64,000 nucleotides of DNA from Chiloscyllium plagiosum (taxonomy: Eukaryota): NCBI RefSeq assembly GCF_004010195.1, contig NC_057749.1, positions 13,328,543 through 13,392,542 of the forward strand, read 5' to 3'. Positions 12,464 to 25,334 of the stretch are shown in pieces. The stretch's first letter is position 1. Every line of letters starts with the position of its first letter. A program made the position numbers and the translations under genes. The notes beneath the pieces were generated by a model. It did no database searches, was not told the origin of the DNA, and worked only from the letters and a program-made list of their open reading frames with translations.

Positions 12464-12942
12464 GGTAAAAACAAGGACTGCAGATGCTGGAAACAAGATT
12501 CTAGATTAGAGTGGTGCTGGAAAAGCACAGCAGTTCAGGCAGCATCTAAGGAGCAGGAAAATCAATGTTTCGGGCAAAAGCCCGATTGAAAGGGTTCAGA
12601 AAAGATTTACAAGGATGTTGCCAGGGTTGGAGGATTTGAGCTACAGGGAGAGCTGCCAAAGGATGTGGTGGAGGCTGATACAATTGCAACATTTAAGAGG
12701 CATTTGGATGATTATATGAATAGGAAGGGTTTGGAGGGATATGGGCCGGGTGCTGGCAGCTGGGACTAGATTGGGTTGGGATATCTGGTCGGCATGGACA
12801 GGTTGGACCGAAGGGTCTGTTTCCATGCTGTACATCGCTATGACTCTATGACTCTAAGGGCTTTTGCCCGAAACGTTGATGTTCCTGCTCTTCAGATGCT
12901 GCCTGAACTGCTGTGCTTTTCCAGCACCACTCTAATCCAGAA
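12464..12942. mobile_element. Penelope-derived fold-back insert with 15-bp TSD and a CR1 fragment in its loop
   Basis: TCTAGATGTGGCCTT at 12449-12463 and 12943-12957; inverted arms at about 12500-12583 and 12858-12943. Confidence 0.85.
12585..12856 (+). mobile_element. Internally deleted CR1 3' fragment
   Basis: GTTCAGAAAAGATTTACAAGGATGTTGCC...GGGAGAG joined directly to CTGCCAAAGGATGTGGTGGAGG; CTATGACTCTATGACTCT tail. Confidence 0.9.
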
Positions 12943-13609
12943 TCTAGATGTGGCCTTACCAATTTCTTGTACCTCCTCAAATTAGCATCTTAACTCCAGT
13001 ACTCAATTCTCTGACTGATGAAGGCAAGCATGCCAAACACCTTGATTTTTTCATTTGTTCATGTGATGTTGGTGTAGCTGGCCAAAGTTTGCGTGGGAAT
13101 TGTACTTGTGAAGCCTCTTGGGAATTTATCAATGTGTTGAACATTCTAAGTAAATACTAGTAAGGTCAGAACAGGTAAGGGAATACATTTTCTTCCCTGA
13201 CAGCTATAGCTGAGAGTCCCTGTTAAAGAGGGTGTTTCTCTGTCGGGATCACTTTGAACAAAGGTTCGTTAGCAGGACATGTTTTAAAGTGCACTATCTC
13301 ACTGCTGAGATCATGACTAATGGATCATGTGGCTGTCTGTAGTTTTGAGAAGTAGGTTGATGAGAAATTGAGTAATCAGCACCAATGTGATGTCATTGTT
13401 ATTTTGTGATGAATAGTTCTGGTTAGTTTTACAAATATTCTAGAGATGACAAAATCTCATTACCCTTTATGGCTTTTTCCCACCGTGCCCAAATCCACCC
13501 AGCAATTGTGTCAAATCCAATACCTTCAGAGATCTAACTTTTCAGTTAAATTCCATCTCCAGAGAAGGCCTGTTAGTAAAGGTTAAGCACAGGGTTGAGT
13601 TTATCCTTT

Positions 13610-14163
13610 GCATAAGGCACTGGTCAAATGCATTCAGAATACTGTGAGCAATTTTGGGCCCTGTATCTAAGGATGTGCTAGCCTTGGAGGGAGCCCAGAG
13701 CAGGTTCACAAGAATGATCCCAAGGATGAAGGGCTGGGCAATGAGGAATGGTTGAGGACTCTGGGTCTGTACTGGATGGAGTTTAGAAGGATGAGGGGGG
13801 GATCTCATTGAAACTTACAGAATACTGAGAGGCTTGGACAGAGTGGACGTGGAGAAGATGTTTCCACCACTAGGAGAGACTAGGATTCCACTAGGGGACA
13901 GCTTCAGAGTGATCCTTTAGAACTGAGATGAGGAGGAATTTCTTCAACCAGAGGGTAGTGAATCTGTCAAATTCATTGTAACAGAAGGCTGTGGTGGCAA
14001 GTCACTGAGTGTATTTAAGACAGAAGTAGATATACTTTTAATGGGTGAGGGATTCAAAGGTTATGGGAAGAGGACAGGAGAATGAGGTTGAGAGACATGA
14101 TCGAACAGCAGACCAAACTGAATGGGCCAAATGGCTTAATTGTGCTCCTAATTCTTATTGGTC
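13610..14163 (+). mobile_element. CR1 LINE 3' fragment
   Basis: Decayed HSEYCEQFWALYLR, RRFTRMIPRMKG, EFRRMRGDLIETYRIL, EMRRNFF. Confidence 0.9.
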
Positions 14164-14499
14164 TTTCCCAGAGTGAATACCCTCAATGCCAAAATAGCTC
14201 TGGAGCATGCCTGTGATGTCAGCTGGCTGTGAGAGGCTTCAGGAAGCAGGTGCTGATGTGTTCTTGTCAAGGGGACCGGGAGATCAGGACTACTGAAGCA
14301 GAGCTTCTATCCTAGGGGTACCTGTGGAGGAGATCCCCTTGGTCGATTGTGACAGCAGGTCAGGGGAACTTGTTTAGTACAACACAATGGTTTCAAATAT
14401 CAACTGGGCCACTCAAGATGAATGCAGAATTGCAGGTGGACACCAATTATCTTTTTTTAGTTTTTCCAAGTGAAGCCAGTTCTTTTGGCCCTTTTAATT

Positions 14500-14850
14500 T
14501 CAAAGATATGGAGATTGCGGGCCAGGCCAGCAGTTATTGGTTATCTCTAACTGCCCTTAGGAAGGGGGTGGCAACCTGCCTTCACGAATCCTTGCACTCC
14601 ATCTGGCAGGGACACCTACAGTGCAGGAAGAAAGGGAATTCCAGGATTTTGATCCAGCACCAGTGATGGGACAATGGATATAATTCCAAGTCTGAATGGT
14701 GAGTGGGTTGAAGGTGAGCTCACAACTGGCGATATTCGAATGCAACTGCTGCCCTTGTCTTTCTAGGTTGTAGAGATCATGTGTTTGAAAGGTGTTGTCA
14801 AAGGAGATTTGGCAAGCTGTTACTTGTAGATGTACCACTGTGCATCAGGG
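14500..14850 (-). mobile_element. Second CR1-group LINE 3' fragment
   Basis: GGGAATTCCAGGATTTTGATCCAGCACCAGTG...TTCCAAGTC, homologous to 52320-52700. Confidence 0.75.
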
Positions 14851-14984
14851 ACTGAAGTTTTAATTTGCGCTTTGTCTTGATTCTTCATTCCCCTAACTGA
14901 GATCAGCAAACTCAGTACTGCACTCAATGGTGCCACGACCATCAAACTATTGGGACATGTTACTCTCTTGATAATCAATAAGGC

Positions 14985-15163
14985 AAAGGTAAAGTTGTAA
15001 TTGGGAGAGATGACTGGTGATGGTTTAATCCAAGGGTCGTCACACCTCAGGCAAGGGGAGAGGTTGGGTCGACAATACTTCATGGTAACCTCAGCGAGTG
15101 CAGGAATTGAACCCATGCTGTTGACGTCACTCTACATTGCAAATCAGCCATCCAGCCAACTGA
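14985..15163 (-). mobile_element. tRNA-derived SINE (related copy about 21400-21545 +)
   Basis: Minus strand A-box TCAGTTGG and B-box GGGTTCAATTCC, then GCTGAGGTTACCATGAAG. Confidence 0.7.
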
Positions 15164-15427
15164 TTCTCTTTTTATACTAGAAGGTGTCACTGTATCTATC
15201 AGAAAAGCATAATCTTTTATAATTAAAGCTACCAAATTAATAGATTATTGATATGATCACGTTATCAATAATTAGGCTGTCAGCACAGAGTACAACAATC
15301 TTGCATCTGTGTAACATTTCAGGACTCATGACCACTCAAACTGTTTTGCAGTCAATTATGTGCTTTTAATATCGTCACCATTGTAATGTGGAATAAGTAT
15401 GGCATTTTTATTAATTGAGTGTGTATT

Positions 15428-15770
15428 TAGAGTCATACAGCACAGAAACAGACCCTTCGGTCCAACTCATCTGTGCCACCCAGACATCCCAGTCTGATCT
15501 AGTCACATTTGCCAGCATTTGGTCCATATCCCTCTATTTGTGTACCCATCCAGATGCCTTTTAAATGTAGTAGTTGTACCTGCCTCCACCACTTCCTCTG
15601 GCAGTTCATTATATACACGCACCACTCTTTGTGTGGAAAGGATTCCCTTCAGAACCTTTTAAAATCTTTCCCATCTCATCTTAAACTTATGCCCTCTAGT
15701 TTTGGACTCCCCACCCTAGGACAAACACCTTGGTTGTTCACCCTCTCCATGCCCCTCATGATTTTATACT
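15428..15770 (-). mobile_element. CR1/HER1 3' fragment
   Basis: TAGAGTCATA tail, AAACAGACCCTTCGGTCC, ATGCCCCTCATGATTTTATA. Confidence 0.9.
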
Positions 15771-17269
15771 TTGGAATAAGATGGTCAATAAGTAAATTTT
15801 TATATTGCTTTACATAAAATGTTACTTGCTCATTTGTTAAGTATCAGAGATGTGCAGCTGAAATTTGTTGCAATTTTGAGAATTTGAATAAGTCAGGTAC
15901 AAAAGTGAGATGCCAACTATGTTTATGAAGACAAAGTAACATAGTCCAAAGCTTCATGCAGCACTACTCACTTACGGAACATCTGTTAAATTTCCTCCTC
16001 CTTTCAGAAAGGAACAAGTCATTCCACTTCCCGACAGCTGTACATAAGATCTTGAACCTGGGCCACCTTCACCTTCAAATTATACATGATGATATAATTT
16101 AGCAATTTTAAACAATTAATTCTAAAATGGTGGACTGAAAGTAACATGGATCTTGCACCTGCTCCTGAGATTCAGGCTTATTTCTGACAGTTATTACATT
16201 TCAATAGTATTGGATTTTTATTTTGATTCATTTTAGTTCAAAGACATTTAGATAAGTACATGAATAAGAAATGTTTGGAGGGATATGGGCCAAGCACAGA
16301 CAGGTGGGTCGAGTTTTTTTTATTCATGGGATGAGGGCATCACTGGCAAGGCCACCATTTATTGCCCATTTCTAACTGGCCAAAGGGCAGTTAAGAGTCA
16401 ACCATATTGCTGTGGATCTGGAGTCACATGTAGGTCGGGCCAGGTAAAGATGCCAGTTTCCTTCTTTAAAGGACATTAGTGAACCATATGGGGTTTTCCA
16501 ACAATTGACAATGGATTCATGGCCATCATCAGATTATTAATTCCAGATGTTTATTGAACTCAAATTCCATCATCTGCTGTTGTCAGGTTTTGAACCCAGC
16601 TCCACAGAACCAATCCTGGGTCTCTGGATTAACTGTCCAGTGATAATACCATTAGGCTATCATCTCCCAAACTTAGTTTGGGATTATGGTGGACTTGTTG
16701 GACTGAAGGGTCTGCTTCCTTGTTATATGACTCTATGACTCTGTTATTCCTTAATACTGATGGCATTTGAGTTAGTCACAGCTTGGAATTGTGGTTGCCA
16801 TTCCTTCACTGTTGCGCAATCAAAATCCTGGAACTCCTGAACAGCATTGTGGGTGTATCTGCAGTAATTCAAGGTGTCCAAGGATGTGTAGGCGAGGTGA
16901 ATTAGCCATGGGAGATGCAAGGTTACAGGGATAGGGTAGGTGGGGTGGCTGTGGATGGGATGCTCTTCGGTGTGGATTCGATGGGTCAAATGGCCTGCTT
17001 CCATATTGTAGGGATTCTATGATTCTCCTCCCTGAAAATTCTGACAGCCTCTTCTAACTGCTTAAGACCCTCAGCTAGGATGAGGATGCCCTAAGCCTCT
17101 CTCGCACCCCTGCCCCCATAAATCATGGGTGGTCAGATAGGAAAACCTAGAAAGCTCTGCTGTCATTTGTGCCCCTCATAATGTGTAAAATTCTGCCCGT
17201 AAGGCTCTGAAGTGACTTCACAGGGTAAACACTGAAAACTTCTACCCTCCCCACCAGAAGTGGAGCAAA

Positions 17270-17990
17270 GAACTCAGTATCAGAGTCTCAGAATAAAGAA
17301 TCCACCATTTTGGACTGAGATGGGGAGAAATAACATTAATCAAAAAGTTATACATCTTTGGAATTCTATATCTCAGTTGGGTGGGAATGCATTGGAAACA
17401 GTTAATAGGAGGTTTACCAGACAAATACCTGGGTTATCTTATTAAGAAGGTCTGTATCCACTGGAGTTTGGAAGAGAAAGAAGTGACCTGATTGAAACAT
17501 GTGGGTTCCTGAGGTGTTTTGACAGAATGGATGTGGATACAATATTTCTACTTACGGAAGAATCGAGAACTAGGGATCACTGCTTGAAAATAAAGGAGGT
17601 CACCATTTAAGACAGAGATGAGGAGAAATTTTAGTTGGTAGGAGGCAAAGTCTTTGAATATTTTGAACGGAGAGTTGGATAGATTCTTGAAAAGGAAGAG
17701 GCGTGTGAAAGTTTATCAGGAATAGGCAGCAACGTGGAATCATCAGATCAGCTGGGATCTTATTGTATGGTGATCCGGCTGAGGAGCTGAGTGGCCTGAT
17801 TCTAATTCACATATTGGTTCGATCATGGGGAAGTTGATGAAAGTTTGGATGATGGGAGGATTAAGCGCTATGCGTGTACTGGTGGAGCTGAGGTAGTAGA
17901 TCAACTATGATCTTTTTGAAGAATGGAGCCGGCTCAAAGGGCCGAATGGCCTATTCCCGCTCCTATTTCTAGGGTTCAGCAGAATTCACT
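17270..17990 (+). mobile_element. Cluster of decayed CR1 3' fragments
   Basis: GGAGTTTGGAAGA...GACCTGATTGAAACA, GAACTAGGGATCAC, GAGATGAGGAGAAATTT, GGCCGAATGGCCTATTCCCGCTCCTA. Confidence 0.8.
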
Positions 17991-18139
17991 TCCTAGGCTT
18001 GTGCGCAAGCAGCTCTTGAAGAAAGCACAGGACGTGCTGCCCTAGCCCAATGGAACTGTACACTGGGAAGAGTCAAGACTTTTCAGAGGGACGATCAGGA
18101 AATGGAAAGGTCAGGGAAGAGAAATGAAGAGGATATAGA

Positions 18140-18320
18140 AGCAAATTATTGCAGATGCTGGAATCTGTACTGAAAACAACAAATGCTGGAGATCACAGCA
18201 GGTCAGATAGTATCCATGGAGAGAAAGCAAGCTAATGTTTCGAGTCGAGATGACTCTTCAGCTGCTGTCTCTCCAAGGCTGTTGTCTGACCCACTGTAAT
18301 CTCCAGTATTCATTGTTTTT
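18140..18320. mobile_element. Older Penelope-derived fold-back insert
   Basis: AAAACAACAAATGCTGGAGATCACAGCAGGTCAG inverted against CTGACCCACTGTAATCTCCAGTATTCATTGTTTT; minus strand CTGAAGAGTCATCTCGACTCGAAAC. Confidence 0.65.
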
Positions 18321-18384
18321 ATGAACAGGATGTACGGAGCTGAAAATTGAATTTACTCAGAGACAGTGAGATGTCCAACAATTG

Positions 18385-19140
18385 TCATAGAGTCATACTG
18401 CATGGAAACTGACCCTTCCTTCCAATTCATCTATGCTGACCAAGTTTCACAGATTAAACTAGTCCCATCTGCCTACATTGGGCCCATGTCCTACTAAACG
18501 TTTCCTATTCATGTACCTGTTCAAATGTCTTTTAAATGTTTGAAATGTACCTGCACCGACCATTTCCTCCAGCAGTTCATTCTATATATGAACCACCTTT
18601 TGTGTGAAAAAGTTGCCCCTCAGGTCCCTTTCAAATCTTGCTCTTCTCACCTTAAAATTATACCGGCTAGTTTTGAACTCCCAACCTTAGGAAAAAGACC
18701 TTTGCTGTTCACCTTATCTATACCCCTCATGATTTTATACACCTCTATAAGGTCACCCCTCAACCTCCTATGCTCCAGTGAAAAATCTCCCAGCTTATCC
18801 AGCCTCTCCTTATAATTCAAACCCTCCAGTCCCAGTAATATCCTTTAAAACTCTCCAATTTGATAAATATCCTTCCTGTAGCAGGGCGGCCAGAACTGAA
18901 CTCAATTTTGAAGATGTGGGTCAAATCACTCCTTAACCTTCTAAATCCTAGATAAACCAACCTTCATTTGTATAATCACTCCTCATTATTTAACCCCTGA
19001 AATCCAGGAACCATTCTTGTTAACCTGTTGTACCCCCTCCAAGGCCAATCTATCCTTCTGAAGATGTGGTGCCCAAATCTGTTGAAAGTACTCCAAGTAG
19101 GGTTTAATCAGAGTTTTGTATAACTGCAGCATAAGATGTG
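18385..19140 (-). mobile_element. CR1 LINE 3' fragments
   Basis: GTCATAGAGTCATA tail; antisense ORF 18525-18815 (LMILYTSIRSPLNLL) mirrors the CR1 RRLRGDLIEVYKIM motif. Confidence 0.9.
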
Positions 19141-19296
19141 AAGGCTTCCTTGATTATTTTCTGGTCTGTTGAGGCTGTTTCTTTGAGTCAAATTGGAACC
19201 CATACACCCATGTATTTGGGTGCTTGCCTGTCAATAAATCATGCTGCCTCTTATTTTTGGCAATTGTGTGAATCCTAGCCATCCCTTTGATTTACT

Positions 19297-19525
19297 TTAG
19301 ATTAGATTAGATTAGATTAGATTATGGGCAATTTAGCACGGCCAATTCACCTGACCTGCACATCTTTGTGACTGTGGGAGGAAACCGGAGCACCCGGAGG
19401 AAACCCACGCAGACACGGGGAGAACGTGCAAACTCCACACAGACAGTCGCCTGAGGCGGGAACTGAACCCAGGTCTTTGGCGCTGTGAGGCAGCAGTGCT
19501 AACCACTGTGCCACCGTGCCGCCCC
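19297..19525 (-). mobile_element. HE1-type (V-SINE) tRNA SINE, internally deleted
   Basis: Minus strand GGGCGGCACGGTGGCACAGTGGTTAGCACTGCTGCCTCACAGCGCC, V-domain GTGTGGAGTTTGCACGTTCTCCCC, (AATCT)n tail. Confidence 0.92.
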
Positions 19526-21060
19526 AAAATAGGCTTTAATAAAATTACATCTCAGTAAAATAGCACAGTGGAAATAATTGTTAGAAGGAAAAGTATCATC
19601 TTGCACTTCTAAAGCACCTTTCACCTCCTTCAGGATGTTCTAAAGTACTTCAAAGCCAGTTAATTATTCTGACCTTTGTCATCATTGTAACATAAGCAGA
19701 GGGCAACTGCTAAGTTGTGAACAGCAATGAGAACTGAGGTAAATTGCCATTCAAATCGTTTTGGTTGTGCAATCTAAAAGATGGATGTTAAACAATTTTT
19801 TAAAGATCTTGAGTTTTCATAGGATCTTTCACAGCCATATGAAGTGTAATCATGACTATAATATTAGAGATGTGGCAGCCAGTATGTGCACAGCAAGATC
19901 CCAAAATCAACAATACAACAAATCCCCCAGATAATCTGCTTCTATGATGAGAGGTCAGTGCACTTCCTACTGAGTCTGGGTGGTGGCAGTGGTTAGCGCA
20001 CTAGGACAGTTCTTTCAATTGTGCATTGAACTGATGGTTGTCTGCTTAGCTCCTGAAATGAGCTTTAAACCAATGACTCTCTGACACTGAGGCCAGGGTA
20101 CTAGCAATTGAGCCAAGCTAAAACATGGTGATTTCATCAGATAAATTATATCTGCTGTCACAATAAGAGCATTTGATTCTTTAGAGTAAATAAGTTAAAA
20201 GTCTAATTTTAAGTTACAAACTTAATTTTATAGTGTGCGTCAAATTAAGCATTTGGTTATTAATATTACAACAGTCATTTTTAAGTTAAAATGTTTATGG
20301 AACTGGATATAAAGATAAAGTTGAAGTACATTTTTTTCAATTTCTACTTTCAATGCCTTAACTTTAGCGTAGGAGAACTGAATGGAAACCCTGTATCAGC
20401 ATTATTTCACACTAGCAAGATTTAATTTCAGCACTGCTGATATTTCCAGATTTGATACAACAGTTAGATGCAGAATTGAATCTTTCTGCTCTGCCACAAT
20501 CTGACTGTAATAATGTGACATTGCTATTTCCTGTACGAACTGTTCTCTGGCCTCTCTGACTGCGACTACCAATTTAGTGGAAATTTAGGAATGATTTTCC
20601 ACTCTGAGACTATGTCCACAAGGAACTGGGCTGAGTGCTCGAACACATTGCTTCAGATCGTTAGCAGCACACAGGCAAGGCTTTCATCCATAAGTCTAAG
20701 CCGGCTTTGAACTCATGTCAAGTGATAAAAAGCTTGAAATGAATTTTAACTCGTCTGCAAATTGCAAAAAACAATGAAGGTGGGAAGGAAATCATTTTCT
20801 AAACATATAAATATTTGCCAGTCAATTTTTTTTAATAGCAGAATGTTTGACAAAGGGATATAACTGTGTAATTTATTGTATTGGTGAGATGTGAACCCAG
20901 ACTGCTAAGCACAGAGGACACAACACCACTAGCACCTACAGATTTCTGGTTTAGGTTTAATTTATCCAGTTCCTGTGGAGAACAAAGAGAAACCAGGATC
21001 TGTCTCTGGTGCCAGTCTATTGCAATCTCAATGTTAAAGAAGTAACTCCCCTGTTCATTT

Positions 21061-21163
21061 CACAAACAAGAACAGAAATTGCTGGAAAAGCTCAGCAACA
21101 TCTGTGGAGAGAAGTTAGAGTTAACATTTCAGGCCTCGTGACTCTTCCTCAGAAGCAGTTCAT
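21061..21163 (-). mobile_element. Penelope-derived short insert with 14-bp TSD
   Basis: TCCCCTGTTCATTT at 21047-21060 and 21164-21177; minus strand CTGAGGAAGAGTCACGAGGCCTGAAATGTTAAC. Confidence 0.75.
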
Positions 21164-21192
21164 TCCCCTGTTCATTTACCTGATTGGTATTT

Positions 21193-21390
21193 GTGGACAA
21201 AGTCAGAAGTCACAAGACACCAGGTTATAGTCCTACAGTTCATTTGAAATCACAAGCTTTCAACACCCAGTGAAGGAGCAGCGCTCTGAAAGCTTGTGAT
21301 TTCAAATAAACCTGTTGGACTATAACCTGGTGTGATGTGGCTTCTGACTTTGTCCACCCTAGTCCAACACCAGCACCTTCATACCATGGC
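21193..21390. mobile_element. Second family of fold-back insert with hammerhead-like centre
   Basis: Arms GTGGACAAAGTCAGAAGTCAC...CACAAGCTTTC and GAAAGCTTGTG...CTGACTTTGTCCAC; centre GTGAAGGAGCAGCGCTCTGAAAGCTT; TATTTGTGG repeated at 21188 and 21391; related copy at 23960-24120. Confidence 0.7.
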
Positions 21391-22264
21391 TATTTGTGGG
21401 TGTGTGCTAGGTGTGAGGATGGGTTCAGTTCCTGCAGTGGTTGAGGTTAATATGAAGGTGCAACCCTACCTGTCAACTGAGGTGACTCGGGCTCAACAAC
21501 CATTGGTTACCTCTCCCTAATGAGAGAGTGGGCTATGACTACTATCCATGTGCAAATTAATTGGTGCAAGTTGAGGAAATTCATTGATGCAAGTTTGCTT
21601 TTCTTTTTCTGTTAAGACAGTACCTGCTATTCTAAACCATAGAGAGACCTGCATTCTAAATCTAATCTATGCTTAGAACTAACCTGGGAGTGTTTGACAC
21701 TGACATGAGTGATCTTAATACCTTCTTGGAGCTATTTTTAGTGGACTGATTAATGCAGTCATAGAAATTCCTGTCAGTGCTATCTTATCGCAGATGTGAA
21801 TCGATTTAAAATAAACAGCTTAGTGACTCTGTGAAAATGCACATTAATTGTCGAGCTAAAAATAGCTCGCAGAGGAAATCAAACCGACAGGTGTCAAATG
21901 GGAGAACATACTCCAGTCTTCAGTTGTTATTGCTCGCGGTGAGGGTCCGCCAGGGCGAGAGGAGGAACAAAGGAAAAACATTCATGAATTTTTCAGTGTG
22001 TCTGGAGTCCGAGTTTTCGCTCCATTTATTTATTTTTATTAAATGCTCCTTCAAAAGCGGGTGCCGGGAACGGAGATCAGGTCTACAATTGCTGTAACTG
22101 ACAGAAGCCTATGGAGGGAGTTCCCTGTAACGGTTGCACCCTCAGCACTTGATTCATTGACAGAATTAGTGTCATCCTGAGTAGGTATGCCATGAATGAA
22201 TCGGGGACGTGAATGTCACTGAGTAGGGGTGGTATTTATTGTTCATCCCTAACAGCCCAGGGAG

Positions 22265-22775
22265 CACCCACAATGTTTCCTGGTCAACATCTCCGCCTCA
22301 GGCCTGCTGCAGGCTGGGTTAACAACGCCTCATTTCCTCCTTGGGAACTCTACAGACTTCTGGACTCAATATTAGATTCAACAATTTTAGGTCTTGAGTA
22401 TTTTCTCCCATGTCCTTACCCCAACCTCCATACGCCAGGCCTTGATATCACATAGGCCGCTACCACACACAACCCATTGTCAGCTACAAATACTGTAGTC
22501 CCCACTAGCAGCTATTCCCTCTCCCAATCTGATCTTCACCCACTCCTTTGTCTGTCCAACTGTTTTTCTCTCTCTTCGGGCTCTATCTCCATCTATGGTT
22601 TACTCCGTCCTCCCACCCTGTCTTCTGCACATATAATCAACCTTTTCCAAGCTACGATCAGTTATGAGAAAGGGTCACTGGACCCGAAATGTTAATTCTG
22701 CTTTCTCTGCACAGATACTGCCTGACCTGCTGAGTGTCTCCAGCAATTTCTGATTTCTAGTATCCGCAGTTCTAC
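22265..22775 (+). mobile_element. Penelope-like element 3' end (GIY-YIG endonuclease C-terminus, 3' UTR, decayed hammerhead)
   Basis: 22323-22397 translates QRLISSLGTLQTSGLNIRFNNFRS*, resembling the Penelope L-TL-P-GLN terminus; 22664-22695 has stem GGGTC-ACTG-GACCC then GAAATGTTA, followed by CTGCCTGACCTGCTGAG. Confidence 0.8.
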
Positions 22776-22847
22776 CACCTGAGTATATAGGCTTTGAATC
22801 TAGGTCCCCAGAACATTGCCTGGGATACTGGATTACTAATCCCATTG

Positions 22848-23132
22848 GTGGGACAGTGGCTTAGTGTTTAGCGCTACTGCCTCACAGTGCCATACCTGGG
22901 TTCAATTTCATCCTCAGGAAACTGTCTGTGTGGAGTTTGCACATTTTCCCCATGTTTTGCATGGGTTTCCTTCAGGTATTCCAGTTTCTTCTCACAGATG
23001 GCAGGTTAAGTGAATTGGCCATGGTAAATTGCCCATAGAGTCCAGGGAAGTGTAGGCCAGGTGGATTAGTCATGGGAAATGTAAGGATAGATCTGGGTGG
23101 CATAAATCAGTGAGGATTCGATGGGCCAAATG
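22848..23132 (+). mobile_element. HE1-type SINE (older)
   Basis: GTGGCTTAGTG...GGGTTCAATT...TGTGGAGTTTGCACATT. Confidence 0.88.
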
Positions 23133-23418
23133 ATTAGATTAGATTAGATTCCCTGCAGTGTGGAAACAGGCCCTTCGACCCAACAAGTCTGTACGGACTC
23201 TCCAAAGAGTAACCCACACAGACCAATTTCCCTCTGACTAATGCACCTAACATAATGAGCAATTTAGCATGGCCAATTCACCTGGCCTGCACATCTTTGG
23301 ACTGTGGGAGGAAACCTATGCAGACACGAGGAGAATGTGCAAACTCCACACAGACAGTCACCTGAGGCTGGAATTGAACCTGAGTCCCTGGTGCTGTGAG
23401 GCAGCAGTGCTAACCACT
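23133..23418 (-). mobile_element. HE1-type SINE
   Basis: (ATTAG)n tail, TGCAAACTCCACACAGACAG, GGCAGCAGTGCTAACCACT. Confidence 0.9.
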
Positions 23419-23959
23419 CACCTGATTATTGCCGATCATTGGTTTCTTAATCTGTAGAAATTATCTTGCAACTTTGGCAAAGAACTTCATAAGATGTTTT
23501 CTGGGTATATTCAAAATCACAAAGATGTAAACCCCCTGGACATCTGTCTCAACCTCAATGGAAAAGCGGCAACTTTTGGAAAGGCAAGGATTATGTGATC
23601 CATACATTGTCATGTCGTAAAGACTGCTCCACTCAGGTAGAGTCAGTTTTTTTGTTCTTTGGCTTTGATAGAAATCAAATTCAGAACAAAGTACAGAAAA
23701 AAAACACAAATAAAAATGGCAGCAGATCAGGCAGAGAAGAGAAATTGAGATTTTAAAGTCAGTGGAGGGAGAGGAGGGGCAGGGAGAAGAAAGGGAAAGT
23801 CAGTGACATGGAAGACACCAGATGAAATTTAAATATCCAGAGAGTTCTTGATGCAATGGCCAAAAAGCGTGGTAAAGGATTCAGTGAAGAAGCAAGGACT
23901 GTGTCCAAATGAGGCATGAATTGCTTTATAAGAACCATCTGAGAATAACATGGCAGCCA

Positions 23960-24120
23960 TGATGTGGAGGTGCTGGTGTTGGACTGGAGTGGACAAGGTA
24001 AAGTCACACAGCACCAGGTTATAGTCCAACAAGTTTATTTGAAATCACAAGCTTTATGAAGGAGTAGCACTTTCAAATAAACCTGCTGTACTATAACCTG
24101 GTGTCGTGTGACTTCTGATC
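23960..24120. mobile_element. Fold-back insert, same family as 21193-21390
   Basis: CACCAGGTTATAGTCCAACAAGTTTATTTGAAA inverted against TTTCAAATAAACCTGCTGTACTATAACCTGGTG. Confidence 0.75.
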
Positions 24121-25334
24121 TTGAGTATGACATGATTGGGGGACCAAAGACCAAAATGACAATAAAGACCGACCCAGCAAGCAAAGGGGAGCAAACAAAA
24201 GTGATGAAACAGAACCATGCATGACAAGGTAGAGGCAGAGTTTATAATTTAAAGTTGTTGAACTCAACGTTAAGTGTGGAAGACTGTAGGTTGTTGCCCC
24301 TCGTGCTTGCAAAATTGTAAACAATATTAGGCCATGTATGTAATTGACGGCTTATTGATATCTCCCACTTCACAACATCACCCACAGTTCAAATGACCCC
24401 TCTGCATACAGGCCCCATATTCATGTGGAATATCATGTGACATTGCCTGGTATATAATGAACGTTAGATTTATGGTTACCTTTCAGTCTTACAGCTTTAA
24501 TACTACACAAACGGTCCGACTGATAGCCCAGGTAATTTAATAATGTTACATGCTAAGGTACACTGGTTGTTCTATTGCTTTATAACAGGCAGTGACATAA
24601 AATCAGCTATTACTAAAGTTCGGATTATGTGAGTCATGGGACCATAGATTCCTCTATTCTATACCTTGCTATCTGTCATTGGCAAATATAAAACTACCTC
24701 CGCAACTGCTACTTTAGGTAACATTATAAATGATGTTACAGAGGATTACACATTTCATTGTTGAGGGCAATGCAGAAGTTTCCCTGAGCTGGTAATCCAA
24801 GGTCTGTGCTGATTTAGCACAATGTCGGGTAATGTTGTGAAATGAACATTACCATGGGCAAAGATATTCTGTTAGTTTTGTATGACGGAGAAAGCTTACA
24901 ATGGGATGTCTCATTTGACACTGTGTTCAGTAAACCCCTAAAACATTGAGTGGGGAAATGAGGTACCTTCTGCAACAAATGTTACTGGGCAGGTTGATAT
25001 AATGACTTCCACAGTCGGAGACTACACGAGTCACAATAATTCCTCATTTTCTATTTATGAAGCCGTGACTGCGTTGTCTGTGTCCTATGTGCATTGAGTT
25101 GAGTGCTGTCTTTGAGGGAGATTAAAGATAGGGATGTCCATTGCTGGGTCAGTGATGAGCTATTGCTTGTTCCTGCTGCAAAGATCCCATGATCCTGGGG
25201 TAGTGAATGAAATAACTGCAGAGGCTGGTCTCCTGTCACTAAGTCACCCTTTATTTATTTGTGGACAGCACACTGCCTGAGACCAGCCAGCTCACAGTCA
25301 GTCCCTGAAATTAGGAGACTCTCTGAATCCCCTG

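Larger units (their letters stand above)
11790..13045 (-). mobile_element. CR1 LINE fragments interrupted by a nested fold-back insert
   Basis: ORFs 12116-12310 (SKTRRHMFRVRGERFKRDLRGIFF) and 12256-12528 (RPHLEYCVQL...GLFSLE); the host element resumes after 12957. Confidence 0.9.
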
